This document shows positions 17,096-30,184 of a DNA stretch of 64,000 nt, piece after piece. The notes beneath the pieces are model-generated. The model searched no databases and was not told the origin of the DNA. It worked only from the letters and a program-made list of their open reading frames with translations. Location: NCBI GenBank assembly GCA_951406725.2, contig OX597818.1, forward strand, positions 121,768,001 to 121,832,000. Direction: 5' to 3'. Position numbers and translations under genes: made by a program. The first letter of the stretch is position 1; each line of letters begins with the position of its first letter. Origin of the DNA: Octopus vulgaris. Lineage: Eukaryota.

Positions 17096-18559
17096 CAAAC
17101 ATGCATATATACATGAATGCATACATACATACATACATCCACATATATACACATATAAGTGTAATATATATAAGAGCATATATTCTAGACATAGTGCAAA
17201 TATCATCTGATATAGAATTTAATACTTGGGGTAGAGTTTGTCAAATATGTTGACTATAAAAATTTAAAAAATTACAACTTCCTCGAGTTTCGCCTGATAG
17301 CCGCTCGCCTCCTAGTTGTCAGCCGTTTGGCGAAACTCCTGTAGATTTCCATGTTTTATATAAACACACGCACTCATATGCATACACTATTATATTCACA
17401 TCTTTATATACTATAAAGTATCAAAATAATGTAAATGTCCGGTCGAAGGACATTTACATTATTCAACAACAACAACAGCAACAACAGACACACACAATGT
17501 GTGTATCATAGATACGCCTGTTTCTAAGGTTAAATATAGTCTATTATCAAACAAAAAGAACAATAGAAACGTACAAAATGAAATATTAAAACGTTTAGAG
17601 AAAAATCCAAAAGTAGGAAAAGAAAACAAACATTAGGTGAATAATTGAAATTAAGTATACATGATATTTAATTTTATAAAAAAAAAAAATACCATACAGA
17701 TACACACATATAGGTTTATATCTGTGCATATGTATATCTATATGTAAATGTATATCTACAACTGTAAGTATTGATGTATGCAGCCACATAATAATAAAGA
17801 ATTTTGCAAGAGGGTCTCTATTTTGCAAAGTGCATTATCAATCTCCATATATTTATATTACATAGAAACTAAATATAATAAAAGAACTAAGCACAAACAT
17901 TCCAACAAAATATTAAAAACACCAAGAAAAACACTAACAAATGCAAAGCAAATACATTTATATCTGTCGGCCCTAACTGACTACATATTCTACACCATCA
18001 ATTATGTATCGTTTTGAAAACTCAATAACCACAATGCACTCTTTTTATATAGAAAACCAACGAAACATTATGCATACGTATTCATTTATTTATTTTACTT
18101 TTCAATATATCTATAATATTTTTTTCTTGAAGACTATAATATAAGTTCCATTTTCTTTCATATACATATATATTCCTCAGTAACTTTTACTTTTCTCTCT
18201 GATTAAGAGCACGTCCAAAATATACTTGGTGTGCACGAGAAACTCTATTTAGTGTTAGAAACTCGTTTTCTCACAAAGTGAAATCTTGCTTTTCTTTTTT
18301 TTTTTTTGTCATATCAAACAACAATGGAACAAATATCTATACATCAATTTAACAAAGAAATACGCACCGATACACAAACAGGCAGTACGAATAAACAAAC
18401 ACACACACGCATTCACAAATACATATATGTGTTTTTTAAGCGCGTGTATATATATATTTGTATAGCTATACAGGAGGGGTGGCCACGATCATCTGAGATA
18501 GGTTGGTGGATACGGCTGTTCTGACTGTACATATGTAATTTAATGGCTGTAGTGTAAAC

Positions 18560-19000
18560 GGAGGTGGAACGGACCAGTTTTGGGGAGGACAACACTTGAT
18601 GTCATTAGTGCAGTACCTGGTGGAATTAAGATACAGCTGGGCAATGGGGTAGAAAAGAAACGAGTGTGTTGCGTGTACCCGGTAAGTTTGTGCGTGTATG
18701 TGACTAGCTAGTTCTGACAAACAGCGGCTATTGTAGTTACAGTGGATAAGTTATAGAGAGGAGACTGTTCATCCATGAACTTGACGGCGCTATGTGATTG
18801 TGACTGAGATTTTGTAGCTTATCTGGATTCTATTCATACCGTCTGTTATGTCTGTGTGCGTAGCAGCCGCGTTGACTAAGATGTTGGAACAGTAACTAAT
18901 GGTTTCCAGGATGTTTGAGAGTGCACGATAAATAATATAGCTTTAAAACATTAGTTTTATCTTAGCTACCTGCTTAATGATTCTTTTACTTGATTTATAT
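18560..19000 (-). mobile_element. Decayed CR1/Jockey-group LINE RT C-terminal remnant
   Basis: Minus-strand fragments 'YCSNILVNAAATHTD', 'NRIQ' and 'YNSRCLSELA' resemble the LINE pattern EYCSHIW...LDRIQ...YYNGRCSSELA. Confidence 0.55.
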
Positions 19001-19020
19001 CTTCTATTATTGCTATCGAT

Positions 19021-19280
19021 TGGAGGCGCGTGGCTTAGTGGTTAGGGTGTCAGCATCATGATCGTAAGATTGTGGTTTCGATTCCTGGACCGAGCGACGC
19101 GTTGTATTCTTGAGCAAAGCACTTCATTTCACGTTACTCCAGTCCACTCAGCTGGCAAAAATGAGTAACGCTGAGATGGACTGGCGTCCCGTCCAGCTGG
19201 GAAACACATACGCCACAGAAACCGGGAAACCGGGCCCATGACCCTGGCTAGGCTTTAAAAGGGCGTATTTATTATTTTAT
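19021..19280 (+). mobile_element. tRNA-derived SINE family C with 15-bp target-site duplication
   Basis: Head ggaggcgcgtggcttagtggttaggg...ggtttcgattcc; body tgtattcttgagcaaagcactt. Flanked by tattattgctatcga (19005-19019) and tattattgctgtcga (19282-19296). Confidence 0.9.
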
Positions 19281-19509
19281 TTATTATTGCTGTCGAAGTG
19301 TTTGTTGATGTACTGCAGTGCATTCAGATCCTTGAACTGCGGGCGAGTTGAATATCTATGAAGTTCCACCAAACTTAGCACGTCGTCAGTTGACTGTCTT
19401 TTAGTATATTAAATCTGAATAAGATCCAATTCTTTTTTTTTGTTCAGTTCCAGCTGGTGAAGCGACTTCCTGAGCTTTTCTCAGAGCCAACATGTTCGTA
19501 GAAACACAT

Positions 19510-19720
19510 CCCGGCATGGCTTAGTGGTTACAGTGTTGCATTCACGATTGCGAGATCGTGGTTTCGATTACCAGACCGGGCAGTGCGTTGTGTTCTTGAG
19601 CAAAGCACTTCATTTCACGTTGCTCTGCGATCATTTCGTCATCTGACATGAGGTAATGTCGATTTGATGGCAGGAGCTTATGTGAACACAAACATTTGTG
19701 TAGTTAATGACGGGAGAGTC
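19510..19720 (+). mobile_element. SINE family C, diverged
   Basis: tggcttagtggtta...gtttcgatt...tgtgttcttgagcaaagcacttcatttcacgttgctc. Confidence 0.75.
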
Positions 19721-19741
19721 CATAATATATATATATATATA

Positions 19742-20043
19742 CTAGCAGTATCACCCGGCGTTGCTCTGGTTTGTAAGGGAAATAACTATATAAGCATTTT
19801 AGAGAGTTACTTCCCTTATATAAATCGAGCAAAAATGGATTAAAAATGCGGAAAAATGACGGTAATTTTTTAAAAAATCGTAGACTCATTGTAGACGCGC
19901 GCTAATACCCAGAAGGGCTCGATATGAATCACGACTATAAGATACCCGAATTTGGTTAAACTGCACCGCAAAATGTGGGAGTAGTTAGGAATCTAAATCG
20001 AAGTAGACAGACACACACACAACTACAGTTTTATATATAATGA
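19742..20043 (-). mobile_element. Non-autonomous Helitron (~300 bp)
   Basis: Minus strand starts A|TC (20043) and ends CTAG|T (19742). A GC-rich subterminal hairpin (ccagagcaacgccggg) lies about 10 nt before the CTAG. Inserted in (AT)n. Confidence 0.75.
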
Positions 20044-20686
20044 TATATATATATATATATATGCATTTTTATCGAACTTTGGTGGGACCAGTAAGACAAC
20101 ACACTGGCGTAAGACGATACACACGTGACCATATAACAGTGTTATTGTCTGATTTTTGCTAGAGATTGACGCAGCAGTATTTCTGTTTGACTTCTGTCAT
20201 TTTATTTAGAGCTTACTCTGCTGGTTTCCTGCTTTTCCGCGCTTACCTTTCAAGCACAGGGCTAATTTCATTCTTAGGCAAAGGGATTGCTACATGTACC
20301 ATTAGAACATGGCAATACACCGGTGTTCCAAGATCATCAACACTTCAAAAACAGTCACTGGTCTTGAAAAGAGATAGATAGAGAGGGAATGTGTGTGTGT
20401 GTGTGAGTGTGTGTGTGTGTGTATGAGAGAGAGAAAAGACTTTATACACAAACACTACCGGTTTCAGCGTCTGAGCATTCTGTTAACCGATCAACTGAGC
20501 TCTATACTCATTGAATTAATGCTTAAATTCCACAAACACTGTAACCCATAACGTATTTCTTAGGTTAAATCAGTGTAAGGCAAATTGACAAGTCTGGCTT
20601 TTAAAAATTACGATCATAGTCCATCCAACACTCCCGTACACAGTGGTTCCCATCAATCCAGTTTTAGTCAAATTATTGCTATCGAG

Positions 20687-20777
20687 TGGAGGCGCTTGGC
20701 TTAGTGGTTAGGGTGTCAGCATCATGATCGTAAGATTGGGGTTTCGATTCCTGGACCGGGCGACGCGTTGTATTCTG
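20687..20777 (+). mobile_element. SINE family C head fragment
   Basis: Near-identical to 19021-19110. Confidence 0.85.
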
Positions 20778-21332
20778 TAGTTTAAAAGCATTTTCTAAAA
20801 CACCACGTAGTAAGATTGAACCTGTATATTTAATCTCGTGACTGTGAAGTGAAATTCTTAACCATTAAGCCATACACATATATAAATATAGTATTGAACC
20901 CATTATAAATATACCAACTTAACAATAAATAAATAAATGAATAAATAAAATTACAACATCAACCCAAATATAATTGTAAGACATAAATATTAATGAAATG
21001 TAAAGAGAATGAATTGATACTAAAATATCAAATTTGGTTTCTCTATATCAAATTAAACAATAAAAAATCATTACAATTATTGGGATTACTGCATTTTCAT
21101 TCAAATAATTTATTGATTTTCATCCGAAAAGCGTTTAAATATTGGTTTTTATGGTTATTAATAGAATTACACTAAACAATTGACTGATGCTGTGATATCT
21201 AATTCGTTAAATATCAAAGTCACGCACATTGGGTTTAAGTACTAGTGATTGTATACACACATACATACATGCATACATATAAACACACACATACATACAT
21301 ACGTACGTACACACACATATATATATACACAC

Positions 21333-21386
<54 letters not shown>

Positions 21387-21486
21387 TACCTGTCTATATC
21401 TACATATATAAATATATTTTATGTGCATGAATATATATACATATACACATGTATATATATATATATATAAATATATATTATGTGTA

Positions 21487-21524
<38 letters not shown>

Positions 21525-21646
21525 AACATATATATATATACATGCATATATATATACGCATGCATATAATATACATATACATACATATATCCACATATAT
21601 ATATATCTAAATGTATAATAATACCTGTCTATATCTACACATACAC

Positions 21647-21692
<46 letters not shown>

Positions 21693-21705
21693 GCATGCAT
21701 GTAAT

Positions 21706-21741
<36 letters not shown>

Positions 21742-21928
21742 TCATATATATATATATACATCTAAATGTATAATATTACGTATTTGTATGTATATATATG
21801 TATATATTTGTATATATGTACATGCGCATATACATATATCACGCAAACACATAGAGACAAGCGCATTCTCACACTCACTCTCTCACACCTTTAGAGTCAC
21901 ATACATACACTGATTCACGTAGAAAGAA

Positions 21929-22636
21929 TGAGGTAATTTGTGGTAAATATTCCATATTTCCTTTGTGAGATATATTTCTGATCTATTCTCGTTTGTTTAA
22001 TTCATACGGTCATAAACTGAGAGCACCAACAAGCTGTTGAGTCATTTTACAATGTTAGTGATTAATTATATTACTCAGATTAACTAAAATTCTACTGCTT
22101 TGGTTCATACGTGTCTATCTATTATAATGCTCACTGTAAGTATTTAAGCTTCCCATTTTATTACATTTTAGAGATCACTTTGTTGGTATTTTAAATACCT
22201 TTCTAAATTATTCTTTTCCCTGTAATATTTAAAAACGACTGCTTCATTCATTTGTCCTTACCTAGTTGATTTAGATATAAACCACTGACGATGTCAAACA
22301 ATTGGCATGTATTGCATGACTCAACAAGTAACTGTTTTGAGTTCAACAGCGTCTGAAGAGGCGAATAGGCACCGAAACAACTGCTACATAACATCTAAAT
22401 GTGCCGCAAGGTAACAGCAACATCTATATAACGAGTTACTGAACAAGTAGCTATTTGTAGTTTAACAGCATCTGATAACGTGATTAGTCGCCGAAACATC
22501 AGGGAGGTAACTTGTGGTAAATAATATATTGTGTATTTGTTGTATATTTGTGCTACATTCTTCCTGTTCGTTTAATTCTCATACACATAGTCATAAAAAT
22601 GAATATGTGTTGAGTTGTTGTACATTGTTAGTGATG
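21929..22636 (+). mobile_element. Decayed element with diverged direct repeats and tandem HHR-like motifs (PLE pLTR or retrozyme-like)
   Basis: Direct repeats at 21929-22062 and 22504-22635. HHR-like units CTGAAGA-GGCGaataggCACC-GAAA (22353-22377) and CTGATAA-CGTGattagtCGCC-GAAA (22472-22496). Confidence 0.5.
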
Positions 22637-22997
22637 AAATACCTATCGCAGCAGATCTATAATTGTACAACCTAATCACAAGTGCATACATTCTCTCTGT
22701 CCCTCTTTATCTCTCTCTATCTCTGCATCCATCCATCACTATTCCTGGAAAGATCCTGTCAGAAGCAATTGTCATTAGACTTTCCGGTAAGATTCCGAAG
22801 CGTGACTAACTGAGATATGGGTATTATCCAACCATTTCGTTCTTGGTCTATACGTAGGTCTGCTGCCAGCTGGCTGGACTTAAAGAGGCCGTCTTACTAT
22901 TCTGTGACATTCTAATCACATGTCCGTAGTACTGGAACTGTGATCTCTCAACGCAGAGAACTAGCGACGCGACCAGGAGAGACTCCCTGATCTTCGA

Positions 22998-23200
22998 GGC
23001 GCAGGCATGGCTGTGTGGTACGATATTTGCTTCTCAACCACATGGTTATGGGTTCGGTCCCACTGCGTGGTAGTTAGGTATGTGTATTCTGCTATAGCCT
23101 CCTGCCGACTAAGGCATTGTAAGTGAATTTGGTAGGTGGAAACTGTAAGAAGACTGTCTTGTATATATACATATATGTGTAGATGTGTGTTCACATGTGT
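22998..23200 (+). mobile_element. SINE family A 5' half, followed by a long (GT)n/(GA)n tract to ~23550
   Basis: ggcgcaggcatggctgtgtggta...ggttcggtcccactgcgtgg...ggaaactg. Confidence 0.85.
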
Positions 23201-23201
23201 A

Positions 23202-23290
<89 letters not shown>

Positions 23291-23499
23291 GAGAGAAAGA
23301 GAGAGAGTGAGAAAGAGAGAGAGAGAAAGAGAGAGAATGAGAGAGAAAGAGAGAGAGAGTGAGAGAGAAAGAAAGAGAGTGAGAGAGAAAGAGATAGAGA
23401 GTGAGAGAGAAAGAGATTGAGTGAGAGAGAAAGAGAGTGAGGGAGAGAGAAAGAGAGAGAGTGAGAGAGAAAGAGAGAGAGTGAGAGAGAAAGAGAGAA

Positions 23500-23553
<54 letters not shown>

Positions 23554-24181
23554 ACGCATGATTTCATTATATAATGTGCCTTCATAATTTAGGATGGTAG
23601 CTAGGTGTAATTTGCGAGAAAGTTGGCTGATATTTCTAGCAGGCCGAGAGAACAGGTAGTTCTCTCTTATGTTTTGTTACGTCATGTTTCTTATGTTTAG
23701 TTACGTTAACACAACTGAGGAACAAATTGTGATATATGAAAAATGTTCATGCAATTTACTGGAGAGAAGACGGCATGCCTGTATTGCATCTACTCCCACT
23801 TATACATACATATATATATATATACATACATATATATATATATACATGCATAAATGCTAACACATATACACACACACACACTCACACATACACACATACA
23901 TAAATTCACTTATACAAATGCACATGTATATTATGTATATATAAATATACATGTATATATGTATATATATATATGTGTGTATATATATATATGTATATAT
24001 ATATTTAATGGGATTATGTAATGGAGAAAAGCATATTTACACACTTGTACGCATACATACTTACACATACATGCAAATATATAATGGCCGTTGCGGAAGA
24101 ATATACATTTGTATGTATGTATGCATATATATATGTATGTGTATATATAGATATGTATATATATTATATATATATATATTA

Positions 24182-24277
<96 letters not shown>

Positions 24278-24884
24278 CATATATATAATATATTTATGTA
24301 TATGTATGTACATATGTGTATGTGTGTGTGTGTAATGTGTGTGTGTGTAATGTTTTGACTATGAGCTCCTATCAGCAATGGGCTAACAGTTTCCTTCTTT
24401 ATTCGAAATGAAAGTAGAATATTCACCACCTTGCCCCACCCAGCTACAATCTCTAAATTAAACGAGAATAGATTAATGTATTTTCCCCTTGACTTGGCGA
24501 ATTACCGATGCTCTCCAAGAGTGTTCTTATCACGCGGTTTATGTTGAGCAACATCGATTTAATCACAAGTGTTCATGGGTAATCTCCGATGATTTCAATT
24601 TGAAAAGCTGAACAGAATCTAAATTGTATTATTACGTAACGCCAGAAGTAGCATCATGTATCACTATGACACTTAGTAACGCTGCCAAGAACCATCTTAT
24701 CCCTAAATAATTAATTCCTGCGAAGACACACTAATTAAATAGTCAGTCAGCAGGGAACGAGTTTGCAAGTTATTCGTGAGTATTTCAGTTGTGGATTTCA
24801 GCTACAAGGCTATCGAATAGGCCATCAGTTCAGATCTTAGTAGGAGCCATATGGAGCATACAACACAATATTCACATGATTTTT

Positions 24885-25121
24885 ACTTTTTACAGGTTTC
24901 AATCATTGGACTGCAGCCATGCTGGAGTATCATATTCCAAGGTTTTTAGTCGAATACGTCCAGCCATAGTAGTTAATTTCTCTTTTTAAGTCTGGTTCTT
25001 ATTCTATGGGTCTCTTCTCAACTGCTATATTACGCATACGTAAGCAAAAAAAAAAAAGACACCAGTTGTCAGGCGGTATTGGTGGAGGCAAAAACAGGCA
25101 CAGGCACACACATCCACTTCC

Positions 25122-25159
<38 letters not shown>

Positions 25160-25325
25160 TCACATACAACGGGCTTCCACACAAGCTCAGTAGACAAAGT
25201 TCCCCGACAAGGCATTGATCGGCTTGGGGCTAAAGTAGAAGACACTTGCTCAAGGATCCACACACTGGGTCTTAACCCCAAACCACGTGGCTGCAAAGCG
25301 ACCCTCTGAATCACACAGCTATGCC
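24885..25325 (-). mobile_element. SINE family A, diverged, near full-length
   Basis: Reverse-complement match to the 15018 copy across head, body and tail. Confidence 0.75.
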
Positions 25326-26629
25326 TCTACTACATATATTTATTCTGTATTAAGTCGAAGTGGCAGAGTTGTTAGGGTGTTGAATGGTATTTATTCTGAG
25401 GCTCAACTGAATTCAAATCCCTCTGAAGTCAACTTTACCATTTTTCCTTTCGGGTTATAAGTCTGTACCAATCGTAACTATCGAGGGTCGGGTAAGATGC
25501 TTTGCGGTGTCTGACTAGGACGCTTAAAACAGTACTTGTGGCAAACTGTATCAGCATAAATCGGTGTCCTTTACTTTAGATAGACATTAGTGACTTAGAG
25601 AGAAGAGACTTGTATCTGTGGGCAACAGCCACTCTTCTTCGTTAAATCTTGCCTAAGCTTGCACATGCATGTATAGATGCATGGTCATACATGTGCAGAG
25701 TATTGAGTTAGTGAACTACAGTGTCGTTGGCTACATGTTTCCAGTCTAGATAGTGGCTATTTCACTGCATTTCTGACGGTGAGACTGAGAAGGGATTGTT
25801 TGTGCCATTTGGAGAGGAACAAACATCACGCAGGGTTAGTATTTTTATTCGAAAACACCGGTGTTTATATCTTCCTACAATTTATGTCAGCAAATCATAT
25901 ACAGATACATACACACATATATGAATACATACGTAATACCTATATGCGTATGCATATATATGTGTATAAAAATATATGCATACACACGCACACAGACACC
26001 TACACATACACGCGCACACATGTGTGCACTCACTCATGCACGAATACATATACACACAAATACAGCATTAGTCATCTCGTCCTGATAGTGACATGATTCT
26101 GTTACTGTAAGGTAACCAGCCAAACAAACGTGAATTATTATTTTCCTTATCTCTATAACGCCTAAATTATCAAGTCCTACAAACAGTTATGACAATTGCC
26201 AGTTGTTATAATCTCTTTATTTTTCGTCATCTTTTAGTCAGGAGTGAAGGCAATACTCGTTACTCTATAGAGGGTTTCTGAATCTAGTGGCAGGGACGGA
26301 GGAAGGTATCCCGAAACCAGACACTTGTCCCGAATGCTTGGAGCTCATTGAAAGCCACCTATGGTACTAGGTGGAGATAAACCGGGCGACACATTACGTC
26401 TAACACTCAAGAAATCTAATAATCTTACTGAAACAGTAAAAATCCTTAGGGACTGTAAAAGGTTTCAGATTTGTAGTTTTCTATGGCTATGTGGTAAAGA
26501 AGCTCGCCTAGCAACCACATACTTCAGCCCCACTGCGCGGTGCCTTGGGCAAGCGTCTTCTCTAACCACAGCCTGACCAATGCTTTGTGAGTGAAACCTG
26601 TCGTGTATATATATATATATATATATATA

Positions 26630-26912
26630 TAATAAAGGGTAAAATTAATTAATTAATTCATAATTTATAATTTTACCGAGTAGTTCGGTATGTTAAAAGA
26701 ACCATTATCCGTAAACTTATACAAAAATTCAATAATTATGAGTATAATTATAATTAGGGTTCAGCAAGAATTTGCTTCACTACATACCGAAATTTAGAAA
26801 TAGCAGTTAAAACTAACTATTTCACTACAATAAGAAAATTTCGGTATGTGGTGAAGCAAATTTTTGCTGAACCCTAATTATAATTATACTCATAATTATA
26901 GAATTTTTGTAT
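26630..26912. mobile_element. Hairpin element (77-bp inverted arms) inserted in (TA)n
   Basis: 26719-26795 pairs with 26836-26912 with 3 mismatches by eye. Confidence 0.8.
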
Positions 26913-26927
26913 TTATATATATATATA

Positions 26928-27285
26928 TTACTTGTTTCAGTCATGTGACTGTAGCCATGCTGGAGCACAGCCTTTAGTCGAGGAAATCGACCCCAGGACT
27001 TATTCTTTGTGAGCTTGGTACTTATTCTATCGGTCTTTTTTTGCCGAACCGCTAAGTTACAGCATCGGTTGTCAAGCGATGTTGGAGGGACAAACATATA
27101 CACACACATACATATATATACATATATACGACGGGCTTCTTTCAGTTTCCGTCTACCAAATCCACTCACAAGACTTTGGTCGGCCCGAGGCTATAGTAGA
27201 AGACACTTGCCCAAGGTGCCACGCAGTGGGACTGAACCCGGAACCATGTGGTTGGTAAGCAAGCTACTTACCACACAACCACTCC
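26928..27285 (-). mobile_element. Young SINE family A copy, inverted, nested in the older copy
   Basis: Close reverse-complement match to the 15018 copy and a same-strand match to the 32195 copy. Confidence 0.9.
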
Positions 27286-28265
27286 TATATATATGTATGT
27301 GCGTGTGTGTGCGTGTGTGTGTGCGTGTGTGCGTATGCATGTGTGTGTGAGTGTGTGTTTGACTCCCGCTACCGCTTTACAACTGGAACTGGTTTGTTTA
27401 TGTTCTCTGTAACTTAGCGATTCGGCAAATGAGATCGAGGAAATAAGTACCAGGCTTTAAAAATAAGTATTGAAGGCGTTATGTTCGATTAATGTTCCCA
27501 AGGTGGTGCCCCAGCATGGCTGTATTCCAGTAATTGAAACAAGTAAAAGATAAAAAATAGAACGTATGAGATAAATTATTCAAAGCTTAATAACATCTGC
27601 ACACAATCTTCAGATATTATAATTACTTGCATGTAATAATTTTGTTAAAGGATCCTTAGAGTTTGCTCAAGCCTTCAATTTTGTAGTTTTGCAAGCACAA
27701 TTTTGATTTTCTTAAGAATATATCTATAAATTATTCAAATATCAATAATTTCCGCGAGATATTGTCATGACTTGCATGCAATAAAGTTGTTAACATTTTT
27801 TAAATATTTACAGCTCATCTAAGCTCTTAAATTTTATAATTTTCTTCTCATTAAATAAAGCGTTACAGTGTCAAATTGTCTTGAGTAGAATTAGGATACA
27901 GAAGTGGGTGAAATACTTTGAAAAATCGGACTTAAACCTAGTAACATATGTTATAAGTGGAGTTGTTTCTGATACATGAATCTAATAGTTAATTTAAAGG
28001 GAATGGCAATGAATTAATTGTAAATAAACCGGTGTGGTAATCTCACGGTAAAAGTGCGATGCGATGGCAATGCAGTAATTATTGTGTCAGCACTCATAAA
28101 ATCATTAAGATCAAGATGTAACAATAAGAAAGCCGTTCGAATTCCTAGGTTTCATTGTCTAAATTATGTGTCCTTAGCAGAGGTCGTATGATGTTAGGAC
28201 AAAACCTTTAGAATTAACAAAGTTTTACCCGGAATATATAATAAACACAGACACACAGACACACA

Positions 28266-28325
<60 letters not shown>

Positions 28326-28719
28326 TTTAAACTGCATTGCAAAATCATACTTTGAACTTTGTAAGGCTGAACGGCAGAGCAAAAAATGGTCCCAGTCAGT
28401 AAAATATGAATTTTTGTTTTATTGCAAAACTTCTTTTGGTTACAACATGCACTAAAATTTATTCAGTTAAACTCTTTTTTTTTATATGAAAATATTTTTA
28501 TAGAACCTTTTAATAATATATGATTTTCTCCTACTCTCTCACGTTTTGTGCTGACTTTGTGTGTGCGTGTGTGTGCATGGGTGCATGTGTGTGTGTGAGT
28601 GTGTAAAACATACCTTGCAAAAATATGTACTAATAACAGATTTTTGTATTTTAACTTATATATATATATATGGTAAAATATTTACTTATGTTAAAAAAGC
28701 ATATATATATTCTCCCTTC

Positions 28720-29270
28720 CACATTCTTCCTTCATCATCACCCCTACCTCGTTACCCCAACCCTACACATTCCAACACCACCATCCCTATACATTCCATC
28801 ACACCCCACCCCATCCCTTACACCCCACCCTCGCTTCCCCCACACCCCCACACCCCACATCACACCACTCCACTCCGCGCACACTAGCACTGACCACTTC
28901 CCAGTACCCACATCATCATACTTACATAATGCACACGTCATGGTCACCAGCCCCCTTCCACACGCACATACAAGATCTCACATACTTACGCACGCGCACC
29001 TTCGTTTTGGGATCACCTCTACTTTATTATCTCCCCTTCTTCCTGGCTCTCCTGTGTAACCCCTCTGTCCGGCATTCGCCATGATAGATCGCTAGCCACT
29101 AAACCATTTTTTATTTTCTCTCCCTGTTTATTTCTTTGTTCCTTTCTGTCGAAGAGCGTAGGTTCGAAAAGTAAAAGACTTTCTCACTTCTCGAGCGTTA
29201 AACTAATACATCTGTTTGTTGTTTACACACATGTCTTCGTCTCTTGCTCTTTCGTAAATTCTCACTATAT
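28720..29270 (+). mobile_element. Probable Penelope-like element 3' region with an HHR-like motif
   Basis: C-rich stretch, then cttt-CTGTCGA-a-GAGCgtagGTTC-GAAA-ag-TA-aaag (29142-29177), ending in (TA)n. Confidence 0.5.
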
Positions 29271-30148
29271 ATATACACACAAATTCAACGCGTTTTCAAT
29301 TCATTCTAGTATTTTCCTATACACACACACACACACACACACACACATTTATATATATATATATATACATATATATGTTTATATATATGCATAGAGAGAG
29401 GGAGAGAGGAAGAGTTTGAGTGAAAGAAAGAGAGGGAGAGAGGTGGGGAGAAGTACAACAGTTTAAGGCAAACGTATAAAATTTACTTCTGCATTGACGT
29501 GAAATGCCGAGCTCAAAGTTTCCAGTGTGAAAAGTATTTGGAGGATGTCAACATTGTAGTAACAAGAAGAGGAACAGCAGTAACAAGTTAGACGATAAAC
29601 ACCAACTAATAGGAATATTTTGCATAATATGACTTTGTAAATCTAATAGGAGCAAATTTAAAGAAACACTGAACAATCTTAATATGTTCAACCATTGCAT
29701 CTCTAATAAAAATTATAATTGCTGTGAAGTTTATATTTTAAGATAGTTTACTGCTATATATTTAGGCGTTGTGTTTTTAAGAGAACTGGCTGGAAGAAGG
29801 GACAGTATCCATGGCTTTTGCTGGCGGACTTCTTTTGGTATATATCTACATAATTAAAACCGTTTTAGTTGTAACCACTGCAACATATGTTTTCAAGCAC
29901 TTTATATAAGGAACACATTATCCAATATACATAATTTTATAAAGATAATAGGATGAGATTTAGAGGCAAATTTAGCTGTTCTCTCAGGCAGGTCAAGACA
30001 CGGTCTGAATGTAATCGACGACATTGCACAAATCGGTCGATAACGTAGAAGTCTCTTCATGAATGTATTGCTCAGGTATTAAAGTATGTGTTGTATTTCT
30101 CCAGAGATATATACATACATAGACAGACACACACTCACATACACGTAC

Positions 30149-30184
<36 letters not shown>

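Larger units (their letters stand above)
26482..27558 (+). mobile_element. SINE family A split by nested insertions (head 26482-26605, tail ~27290-27558)
   Basis: The head ends in the internal microsatellite. The tail resumes after (GT)n with ttagcgattcggcaaa...ggtgccccagcatggctg...gaaacaagtaaaaga. Confidence 0.7.

Noticed and set aside
19021-19095. tRNA-like sequences (also 47880-47950 and 48520-48590)
   Set aside because: SINE heads continuing into SINE bodies; no complete cloverleaf or terminator seen.
26270-26320. ggtttc...gggac...tccc-gaaacc stem resembling a type III hammerhead
   Set aside because: No CUGANGA core in the right place.
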